Shown here in pieces: positions 50,941 to 58,892 of a stretch of DNA of 64,000 bases; the first letter of the stretch is position 1, and every line of letters begins with the position of its first letter. Location: NCBI GenBank assembly GCA_051439605.1, contig JBFRWN010000142.1, positions 34,009 to 98,008 on the forward strand, in the 5' to 3' direction. Below the pieces are notes generated by a model, which saw nothing but the letters and a program-made list of their open reading frames with translations, was not told where the DNA came from and searched no databases. The translations under genes and the position numbers were made by a program. Source of the stretch: Synechococcus sp. GTDB lineage: Bacteria; Cyanobacteriota; Cyanobacteriia; Thermostichales; PCC-7336.

Positions 50941-52359
50941 ATGGCCAAGTTGCTTGACTCTGCCCGTTTACTGTTCGAGTTGCAGCGCAGCCATCAAATT
51001 ACTCAATCGCTGGCTGGGTTAACGATTCCGGAAGAGATAGCCAAGTGCGTGACAGACGGGGTGATTTCTCAATTTGGCTGCGCCTTTGCGCGTATTTGGT
51101 TAGTGGATAGCGATCGCACCACCCTCCGGCTGGTGGCCTCGTCAGGGTTGTATACCCACATCAACGGCAGCTTTGCCCGCGTCCCGATGGGGGCCTACAA
51201 AGTGGGCAAAATCGCCCAAAACTGCGTGTCGTTTCTCAGCAACAATTTGCCGGAGGAGACCTGGGTGAAGGATCGAGATTGGGCGATCGCCAATCGCATT
51301 CAAGGGTTTGCCGGATACCCGCTGGTCTCTGAGGGGCAGGCCATTGGCGTACTGGCTATATTCAGCCACCAGCCTTTGGCCGCAGAGTTTTTAGAAGTGC
51401 TGCAAGGGCTATGTTCTACCGTCACCGTGGCCCTGAAAACGGCATTGCAGTACCAAAAAGACAAGCAAGGTCTGTCGGTTGGATCCAGTGGGGGAAATCG
51501 TCTGGCTTTATCCGATCGCTTGGCTCAAGTTTTAGATAATACCCGTCTGACCCTGGTGGGAACCGAACAGCCGCTGGGACCTTCCCATACCTTTATCTTT
51601 TTGCAGGTGGCGAACATCTTGAATCGCTTCAACTGTAACTACTGTCGCCTCACTTATCAGGAGGATAGCGTATTGCTGGAGGCGATTGTCGGGGTATCTG
51701 CAGAGCGATCGCAGCTAGACACTAGAGCCGTCGAGCAGGAATTCGAGCCGCTATTGGTGGCCATCCATGCATTGGGGGGAACGCTGCAGCTGCAAAAAAG
51801 CCGAGAACAGGCGGTGATGCAGGTTTCCTTGTTACTGCCGAGTATCACTTTGGGCTCAGAACTGTCTGTTTATATCCGTTGTCAACAGCCCATCCTGCAA
51901 CTGGCGTTTACGCAGTTGGCTTATTTAGCGGGAGTTACAGTCTCGGGGAATCCGGACTCAGTCACCGCAATTGTTGTGGATGCAGTATCTTCAGAGCCGA
52001 ACGTTGACCTGCCTATCTTGTGGATTCAACGGAACGAAGGCCCATCCCCATCCGGCGTAAGAGGCATTCTAGATTTATCGATCGCCCCTACTCAGTTTCG
52101 CCAGGCGATCGAGGCTGTAAGACAAGGGAAAACATGGGGGATGGACTTGGCGACTTCCGAGCAACACCGAACTATGTCGGAACGGGAACGGGAGATAGTG
52201 AGCTTGTTGGCGGATGGCATGCGCGATCGCGAAATTGCCCAAAAGCTGCACATTAGCGAAAGCACCGTCAAATTTCATATGAATAAAATCATGACTAAGT
52301 TGAGTGCAAAGACGCGTTATCAAACATTGTATTTACTGGCATCCAGAGGGTGGCTGTAA
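50941..52359 (+). CDS. GAF + LuxR-type HTH transcriptional regulator of the Nit1C cluster (Sll0782-like)
   Basis: N-terminal GAF (FARIWLV..LRLVASSG..FAGYPL..IGVLAIFS); C-terminal MSEREREIV..LADG...REIAQKLHISESTVKFH. Confidence 0.9.
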   Translation: MAKLLDSARLLFELQRSHQITQSLAGLTIPEEIAKCVTDGVISQFGCAFARIWLVDSDRTTLRLVASSGLYTHINGSFARVPMGAYKVGKIAQNCVSFLSNNLPEETWVKDRDWAIANRIQGFAGYPLVSEGQAIGVLAIFSHQPLAAEFLEVLQGLCSTVTVALKTALQYQKDKQGLSVGSSGGNRLALSDRLAQVLDNTRLTLVGTEQPLGPSHTFIFLQVANILNRFNCNYCRLTYQEDSVLLEAIVGVSAERSQLDTRAVEQEFEPLLVAIHALGGTLQLQKSREQAVMQVSLLLPSITLGSELSVYIRCQQPILQLAFTQLAYLAGVTVSGNPDSVTAIVVDAVSSEPNVDLPILWIQRNEGPSPSGVRGILDLSIAPTQFRQAIEAVRQGKTWGMDLATSEQHRTMSEREREIVSLLADGMRDREIAQKLHISESTVKFHMNKIMTKLSAKTRYQTLYLLASRGWL

Positions 52360-52473
52360 ATACTGCCAGCACCTTACATACCGCAGCGCTTCACAAGGAA
52401 AATCTGAAGAAACAGTTTTTTAACAGTAGCCGACAGCACATTTATAACTGCTTTGTCATGACTTCCTGATTAT

Positions 52474-52493
52474 ACCTGTCGATTTCGATAGGT
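52474..52493. promoter_or_regulatory. 20-bp lux-box-like palindrome upstream of nitB
   Basis: ACCTGTCGATTTCGATAGGT (ACCT-N12-AGGT; 9-bp arms with one mismatch). Confidence 0.7.
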
Positions 52494-52566
52494 CGAATTT
52501 CTTCCCTTTGTATTGCAACTTGCAAAACGTTAACTGGGTTGTACAAAAATCTAGTTTTAGCGCTTA

Positions 52567-52609
52567 TGTAGCTGGAGTTACAAAATAGTAGATCTGGAGT
52601 CCGTACACT
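52567..52609 (+). promoter_or_regulatory. Class II NtcA-activated promoter for the nitB operon
   Basis: TGTA-GCTGGAGT-TACA (52567-52582); 22 nt after TAC lies -10 TACACT (52604-52609). Confidence 0.88.
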
Positions 52610-52699
52610 ACGCCCATTCATGCAAAGACGGAATGTCTGGCCTTGCTTAAAACCTCTTAGAGGTCAGGCATATTGCTTTGCGACGCGAGGAATAAAATT

Positions 52700-53182
52700 A
52701 TGCCCGAAGTTTCTTTCCCTGCCCATAAATCGGGTGACTTCTTGGTGGATTACGAAGAGAAAGTTTTTCCCGATGTAAAGGCCGATCCTGGCGAAAAAGC
52801 CCTTGTCGCTTTCCACACAGTTGCATTTGAAGGCTCCATTGGTTTGGTGAACCTTTTGCAGGCTAGTCGTTTAATTGGCAAGGGATTTGAGACATCTGTA
52901 CTGCTGTATGGTCCTGGTGTGACCTTGGGAGTTCAGCGGGGTTTTCCCAAGCTAGGGGATGGGGCATTTCCCGGTCACCTGGCTATGAACGATCGCCTAG
53001 TCAAAATTATGGAAGATGGTGGCAAAGTTTATGCTTGCCGCTTTGCACTACAGGCTTTATACGGCCATGGAGAAGGCGCTTTGATTCCTGGGATTACCCC
53101 AATCAATCCGTTGGATGTGCTGGACATTATTCTGATGCACCGTAAAGAAGGAGCATTTATTCTGGACACCTGGACGATGTAA
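52700..53182 (+). CDS. nitB: MSMEG_0572/Sll0783-family DsrE-like nitrogen-starvation protein (NitB)
   Basis: [44 protein letters not shown] and terminal DTWT; RBS GAGG. Confidence 0.93.
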   Translation: MPEVSFPAHKSGDFLVDYEEKVFPDVKADPGEKALVAFHTVAFEGSIGLVNLLQASRLIGKGFETSVLLYGPGVTLGVQRGFPKLGDGAFPGHLAMNDRLVKIMEDGGKVYACRFALQALYGHGEGALIPGITPINPLDVLDIILMHRKEGAFILDTWTM

Positions 53183-53301
53183 TTCTCTGAACATGACTCG
53201 CTTTAAATAGAGGGCTCATATGTCTCTTGGCAGTCATTGAACAAGGGATTGTCCCATCCCTCGCGATCGCTGATTTCTTACTCAATTGTGTTCTCTCCTC
53301 A

Positions 53302-54354
53302 ATGGTTAAACCTCAGACAGTTCGAGCAGCTGCGGTCCAAATCAGTCCGGTGCTTTTTAGCCGGGAGGGAACTATGGAGAAGGTGTTGCAGGCGATCTCC
53401 AAAGCTGCAATGGAGGGTGTGCAGCTAATCGTTTTTCCCGAGACGTTTGTTCCCTATTACCCCTACTTTTCCTTCATTCAGCCTCCGGTGCTGATGGGGG
53501 CAGAGCACATGCGCCTGTACGAAGAGGCGGTGACTGTTCCGGGGCTGGTGGTGGAGGCAGTCGCCCAAGCGGCCAAAGCTCACAACGTCGTTGTCCTCCT
53601 GGGGGTGAACGAGCGGGATGGGGGGTCGCTGTACAACACCCAACTGCTGTTTGATGCAGATGGTTCTCTACTGCTGAAACGCCGCAAAATCACTCCTACT
53701 TATCACGAGCGCATGGTGTGGGGGCAGGGGGACGGTGCGGGGCTGACTGTAGTCGAGAGTGCCGTTGGCAAAGTGGGGGCGCTGGCCTGCTGGGAACATT
53801 ACAATCCTCTGGCTCGCTATGCATTGATGACCCAGCGGGAGGAGGTCCATTGTGCTCAATTCCCCGGCTCGATGGTGGGGAATCTCTTCGCCGAACAGAT
53901 AGAGGTGACGATTCGCCATCACGCGCTGGAAGCCGGATGCTTTGTGGTCAATGCTACGGGATGGCTGGCTCCAGAGCAGATCGCACAAATTACTGACGAC
54001 CCTAAATTACAGCGGGTGCTAACGGGGGGGTGCCATACCGCGATTATTAGTCCCGAAGGAAAGCACTTGTGCGATCCAATTGTGGAAGGGGAAGGGTTGG
54101 CGATCGCCGATTTGGACTTTTCGCTAATTACGAAGCGCAAGCGAATGATGGATTCGGTGGGCCATTACTCCCGCCCCGAATTGCTCAAACTGTGGATGAA
54201 CGGGGAGCCACAGACAACGGTTGCGCAGCAGGGGAACTTGGTATCTCCTTCCGCTACTTCTACAGATGCTGTTACAGGCTTTACCAAAGAATTTTCAACC
54301 TCTACCCCCTCTAACTCGCTTGAGGTTAGTACCAGCCCCATTACTCCCCCTTGA
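53302..54354 (+). CDS. nitC: Nit6803/Sll0784-family nitrilase (NitC)
   Basis: Catalytic triad E (FPE), K ([11 protein letters not shown]) and C (ACWEHYNPL); [10 protein letters not shown]. Confidence 0.95.
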   Translation: MVKPQTVRAAAVQISPVLFSREGTMEKVLQAISKAAMEGVQLIVFPETFVPYYPYFSFIQPPVLMGAEHMRLYEEAVTVPGLVVEAVAQAAKAHNVVVLLGVNERDGGSLYNTQLLFDADGSLLLKRRKITPTYHERMVWGQGDGAGLTVVESAVGKVGALACWEHYNPLARYALMTQREEVHCAQFPGSMVGNLFAEQIEVTIRHHALEAGCFVVNATGWLAPEQIAQITDDPKLQRVLTGGCHTAIISPEGKHLCDPIVEGEGLAIADLDFSLITKRKRMMDSVGHYSRPELLKLWMNGEPQTTVAQQGNLVSPSATSTDAVTGFTKEFSTSTPSNSLEVSTSPITPP

Positions 54355-54405
54355 GACATTATCCCCAGCGCTCAGCCCATTCATCCCAATAGATTTCTCA
54401 AGTCA

Positions 54406-55533
54406 ATGGACAAACAACGACTCATTACAGAATTGCAGTCAAAAGGACTGAATTTATACCCGGAGGATGTGGGGGCTTCCGGGCGCAAGGGTGGGGCAGG
54501 ACCATCCGATCACAAGGCCCTGATTGTGGGCGGTACCCCCGTGATGGTGCCAGTGTTCACCAGCAGCTCCTCAGATTCCCCATATAGCTTCACATCCCTA
54601 CTCGAGCAAGATATTTCTTCTCCTGGAGCCACGTTGAGTCGAACAGGAGAGGAGATTGCTGCGGTTCAGTTTCCCGCACAGCCTCAGTTTTACGGGCTCA
54701 AGACTGCAGACGGCATTCCCTACCGCCAAATCGCCCTGCTGCATGGGCAAGACGTATTGGCCACCACCGTTTTGCAGACCTGCATTCGCTACGGCGATCG
54801 CGACACCGCCTGCCAGTTTTGTGCCATTGGCGAATCCCTGGCCAGCGGTCAAACAATCGCCCGCAAAACTCCCGAGCAGTTGGCGGAAGTGGCCGAAGCG
54901 GCGGTCAGGCTGGATGGGGTGAAGCATATGGTGATGACCACTGGCACTCCGAACGGGGGCGATCGCGGTGCTGCTTACCTGGCAGAGTGTGCCCGTGCCA
55001 TCAAAGCCAAGGTGAATCTCCCCATTCAGGCCCAGTGCGAGCCTCCGAATGACTTTGGCTGGTTCGACACCATGAAGGCTGCTGGCATTGACAGTTTGGG
55101 GATGCACCTTGAAGCGGTTACCCCCGACGTACGCGCCCGCATCATGCCCGGCAAAGCCGAGGTATCGCTGGAAACCTACATGGAGGCGTTTGCTGCCGCT
55201 GTCAAAGTCTTTGGCTGGGGGCAGGTGAGTACTTACATCCTGGCTGGGTTGGGGGATGGTTTTGAGGCGTTGGTGGACACCAGCGATCGCCTAATTGAAC
55301 TGGGTGTGTATCCCTTTGTCGTTCCGTTTGTGCCTATCACCGGCACCCCGCTCGCCAACCACCCCGCCCCCGATAGCGAATTTATGTTTTCGGTCTACCA
55401 GGAGGTGGGCCGCCGCTTGCAAGCGGCCGGTATGACCTCCGACATCATCAAAGCCGGATGCGCTAAATGCGGTGCCTGTTCCGCTCTCTCAACATTTGAA
55501 ACTCAGTCCGCTGATACCCAGACTGCCGTCTAG
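54406..55533 (+). CDS. nitD: MSMEG_0568-family radical SAM protein (NitD)
   Basis: GRKGGAGPSDHK, CX9CX2C (CIRYGDRDTACQFC) and C-terminal GCAKCGACS. Confidence 0.93.
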   Translation: MDKQRLITELQSKGLNLYPEDVGASGRKGGAGPSDHKALIVGGTPVMVPVFTSSSSDSPYSFTSLLEQDISSPGATLSRTGEEIAAVQFPAQPQFYGLKTADGIPYRQIALLHGQDVLATTVLQTCIRYGDRDTACQFCAIGESLASGQTIARKTPEQLAEVAEAAVRLDGVKHMVMTTGTPNGGDRGAAYLAECARAIKAKVNLPIQAQCEPPNDFGWFDTMKAAGIDSLGMHLEAVTPDVRARIMPGKAEVSLETYMEAFAAAVKVFGWGQVSTYILAGLGDGFEALVDTSDRLIELGVYPFVVPFVPITGTPLANHPAPDSEFMFSVYQEVGRRLQAAGMTSDIIKAGCAKCGACSALSTFETQSADTQTAV

Positions 55534-55618
55534 ATGCCGGTCTGCCTATTTGAATCCCACGAAAGGTGACGCACTGTCGACTCTTGCCATCTATTCTCAA
55601 CCCGCAACAAATTTATTT

Positions 55619-56137
55619 ATGAGTCTTCCGAACTATCAGTACGAACTGGCTAAGTCTCCTCAGCATCTGCAGGGATATTTCTCGTTGCGCAAATCAATTT
55701 TTTGCGAAGAGCAGGGGCTGTTTCCCCACAGCGATATCGATCGCATTGACGACACGGCCTTTCCAATTGTGGCGATAGAGCGAGATTGGGTGGCGGGCGA
55801 TCGCGTGCTAGGGGTGGTGCGCATCTACGAAGCGAAACTGCGCTTGTGGTACGGGGGACGGTTGGGGGTGCATGCCCTCTATCGCAGTCGCGGCAGAGTG
55901 GGTAAAGGACTGATTCACAAGGCGGTGACCACCGCTAACGCTTGGGGCTGCGATCGCTTTTTAGCCACCGTCCAGCTCCAGAACGTCCGCTTTTTCCGCC
56001 GCCTTCATTGGAATTCTTTAGAGGAAATCACTCTTTTCGGTCAGCGTCACCATCTCATGGAAGCCGACTTGAATTACTATCCGCCTAACGGCGAGCCTCG
56101 AATGCTCCAGCCCTATACGCTAGCGGAAGTTTCGTGA
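55619..56137 (+). CDS. nitE: MSMEG_0567/Sll0786-family GNAT-like protein (NitE)
   Basis: LRKSIFCEEQGLF..SD.D..D, WYGGRLGV and FLATVQLQNVRFF..LHW...H.LMEADL. Confidence 0.9.
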   Translation: MSLPNYQYELAKSPQHLQGYFSLRKSIFCEEQGLFPHSDIDRIDDTAFPIVAIERDWVAGDRVLGVVRIYEAKLRLWYGGRLGVHALYRSRGRVGKGLIHKAVTTANAWGCDRFLATVQLQNVRFFRRLHWNSLEEITLFGQRHHLMEADLNYYPPNGEPRMLQPYTLAEVS

Positions 56138-56156
56138 TCCGTACCGAACGATCCGT

Positions 56157-56198
56157 TCCCAATGGCTAATGTCTCCCAATGACTAATGTCTAATGACT
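56157..56198. repeat. Short tandem heptamer repeat AATGNCT (5 copies, STRR-like) across the nitF start
   Basis: AATGGCT AATGTCT ccc AATGACT AATGTCT AATGACT. Confidence 0.75.
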
Positions 56199-57163
56199 CC
56201 CCTACCCTGGTAGGCTTCACCCAAAAAATCCACTACTCCCTTGGCATCCGCCAAAAAAAAGACATCCAATGGGCAGCCCGCTATTTTCCCAATCCCTCTA
56301 ACCAAATCTTGATTGGAGATGATTGTGCGGCGATCGCCGATGGGACATCCCACCTGCTGCTCGCGTCTGAAGGCATGTTGCCGCAGTTTGTCAGTGACGA
56401 GCCTTGGTTTGCCGGTTGGTGCGGCGTCATGGTGAACGTCAGCGATATTTATGCGATGGGGGGGACGCCGATCGCCATTGTGGATACCCTCTGGAGCCAG
56501 ACCCCAGAGGCCAGTACTCCACTATGGGAGGGGTTGCAGGCGGCAGCGGCGGCTTACGATGTGCCGATCGTTGGGGGGCACACCAATTGCCACAGTCCTC
56601 ATAACGGGTTGTCCGTTGCAATTTTGGGCAGAGCCACCCACCTCATCTCCAGCTTTACGGCTCAGCCGGGAGATTGCTTGATGGTGGCGATCGGGCTGAA
56701 AGGCAAACAATACAAGCATTACCCCTTTTGGAATGGGGCAACGGACGCCGCCCCTGCGAGGCTGAGAAATCAGTTGAGCCTCTTACCCGAATTAGCAGCG
56801 GCGAAGCTGTGTACGGCGGGCAAGGACATCAGCATGGGGGGGATTGTGGGGACAGCATTGATGTTGCTGGAAGCATCGCGTGTGGGGGCAGAAATTTGGA
56901 TGGACAAGATTCCGCGACCGCCACATATGCTGTTGCAGGATTGGGTGCAGTGTTTTCCCAGCTTTGGGTTTCTGTTGAGCGTGAGTCCTATACATTGCGA
57001 GGCGGTACAGACCTTATTTAGGCAGCAGGACATTAGTTGCGAGGTCATTGGCAGGGTAACGGGCGATCGCCAAGTGCATCTGAAATCTGACGGTGAATCA
57101 GCCCTGCTGTGGGATTTTGAGCAAGAGGCTCTGACGGGATTTGCACGAGAGCCTCACCCATGA
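56186..57163 (+). CDS. nitF: Sll0787-family AIR synthase / selenophosphate synthetase-like protein (NitF)
   Basis: IGDDCAAI, VNVSDIYAMGG.P, IVGGHTN and KDISMGG. Confidence 0.92.
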   Translation: MSNDSPTLVGFTQKIHYSLGIRQKKDIQWAARYFPNPSNQILIGDDCAAIADGTSHLLLASEGMLPQFVSDEPWFAGWCGVMVNVSDIYAMGGTPIAIVDTLWSQTPEASTPLWEGLQAAAAAYDVPIVGGHTNCHSPHNGLSVAILGRATHLISSFTAQPGDCLMVAIGLKGKQYKHYPFWNGATDAAPARLRNQLSLLPELAAAKLCTAGKDISMGGIVGTALMLLEASRVGAEIWMDKIPRPPHMLLQDWVQCFPSFGFLLSVSPIHCEAVQTLFRQQDISCEVIGRVTGDRQVHLKSDGESALLWDFEQEALTGFAREPHP

Positions 57164-58308
57164 GTCCCTTGCGAATTGCATTGCTGACCTATTCCACCCA
57201 ACCCCGTGGGGGGGTGGTGCATGCCATGGAATTGGCAGAGGCCCTGCACGCACTGGGTCACGAGGTATGTCTGTTTGCTCTGGATAAAACCGGCCAAGGG
57301 TTCTTCCGTCCAGTGCAGTGCGAAGCTGTCAGTATTCCTGCCGCTCCAGCTCCTGACAACATTGGCGATCTTGTGAAACTACGCATTCAAGAATATGTGG
57401 AGTATTTCACCCAACTCGATCGCCCCTTTGACCTCTACCACGCCCAAGATTGCATCAGCGCCAATGCGCTTGTGCAGTTACGCGATCGCCAACTTGTTCC
57501 CCACGTGTTGCGCACTGTGCACCACATCGACGAGTTCACCAGTCCCTATCTACAGCAATGTCAGGAGCGATCGATTCTGGAGGTGGATCGCTGCTTCACC
57601 GTCAGCCAGCATTGGCAGCAACAGCTCCAAGCGCAGTACAACGTTACGGCTTGTGGGGTGGTGAACGGGGTCAACCTACAGCGATATTCCCCTCACCCCA
57701 GTGGCAGAGAAGCCGATCTCAAGTTCCGCTTAGGGATGAACGCATCCCCGCTCTTCCTGACGGTTGGGGGCATTGAACCTCGGAAAAATTCCATTCGCCT
57801 CCTGCAAGCCTTCGCCCTGGTGTTGCAGGACTATCCCCAAGCTCAGTTAACGATCGCTGGCGGGACTACGCTGTTTGATTACCAGTCCTATCGCGAGGTT
57901 TTCTTTGATGAGGTGAAGCGGTTGGGGATTGAAATGGAAACATCCCTGCTGTTGCCGGGGCCAATCGCCGATGCAGATATGGCGGATTTGTATCGCTGTG
58001 CAGATGCGTTCGTGTTTCCGTCCATCAAAGAGGGGTGGGGGTTGGTAGCATTGGAGGCGATCGCGTCGGGGATTCCGGTGGTGACGTCAGATCGTCCTCC
58101 GTTTACGGAATTCTTGGAGGCGGACACTGCAATTCTTGTGGATGCTGAGTCGGTAGAGGCGATCGCAGAGGGAATGTGCCAAGTACTGGGAGAAGAAACT
58201 CGCCAGTCTCTAGTACAACAGAGTCAAGCAGTAGTACAGCGCTACAGTTGGGAGAATTCTGCTCGGGGACATGTTCGGCAATATCAACAGTTTTTGAGTG
58301 CGGTGTGA
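57160..58308 (+). CDS. MSMEG_0565-family glycosyltransferase (GT4)
   Basis: RIALLTYSTQPRGGVVH, HAQDCIS, RTVHHID, GGIEPRKN and EGWGLV.LEA; overlaps the nitF stop. Confidence 0.92.
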   Translation: MSPLRIALLTYSTQPRGGVVHAMELAEALHALGHEVCLFALDKTGQGFFRPVQCEAVSIPAAPAPDNIGDLVKLRIQEYVEYFTQLDRPFDLYHAQDCISANALVQLRDRQLVPHVLRTVHHIDEFTSPYLQQCQERSILEVDRCFTVSQHWQQQLQAQYNVTACGVVNGVNLQRYSPHPSGREADLKFRLGMNASPLFLTVGGIEPRKNSIRLLQAFALVLQDYPQAQLTIAGGTTLFDYQSYREVFFDEVKRLGIEMETSLLLPGPIADADMADLYRCADAFVFPSIKEGWGLVALEAIASGIPVVTSDRPPFTEFLEADTAILVDAESVEAIAEGMCQVLGEETRQSLVQQSQAVVQRYSWENSARGHVRQYQQFLSAV

Positions 58309-58323
58309 TTTGGGAGTTTAACG

Positions 58324-58608
58324 ATGCCAGAGATGCATTTTCGGGTGGAATGGCCGGATGGCAAGCAGGAGGATTATTATTCGCCGTCGTTGGTGATTAA
58401 GGAGTATTTTTCTGAAGCCACTGACTATTCGGTGGAGGAGTTTTTGGAGAAGGCACGCATATCATTGAAGATTGCGAGCGATCGCGTCTTAGCGAAGTAT
58501 GGATTTGCCTGTGGGCGAGCGATGGGGTCATTACAGCGCATCGAGCAGTCGGCAAGTCAGTATGGAACAGAGGGTGGCTCTGTGCGAGTGATTCGGTTGA
58601 TTGAGTAA
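58324..58608 (+). CDS. nitG: MSMEG_0570-family small protein (NitG)
   Basis: MPEMHF.V.WPDG....YSPSLVI, ASDRV.AKYGFAC.RA. Confidence 0.92.
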   Translation: MPEMHFRVEWPDGKQEDYYSPSLVIKEYFSEATDYSVEEFLEKARISLKIASDRVLAKYGFACGRAMGSLQRIEQSASQYGTEGGSVRVIRLIE

Positions 58609-58892
58609 AGAGCTGTGGTTGCTGTCAATTGGCAGGAGCTTCTCATCAGTTAGAACGTTGACTGGGTTTAGCCTCAACTTCATGAAATGAAGGGCCAACA
58701 AGTACATAGCTTGAGATTGGAATGGGTATAAATATGTTTGGAGAGAACGATTTGGTATGTCTGTTCTTGTCATAAGAAGCTGGTAAATTTCTGTGATTTA
58801 CAAGATTTTCACTTGGTTCTGTTTTACTTTTTGATAGCTCTCTGCGTGCTGGCAAACGCTAGTTCCAATCCCAACTCAGTCCCGGACTCTAA

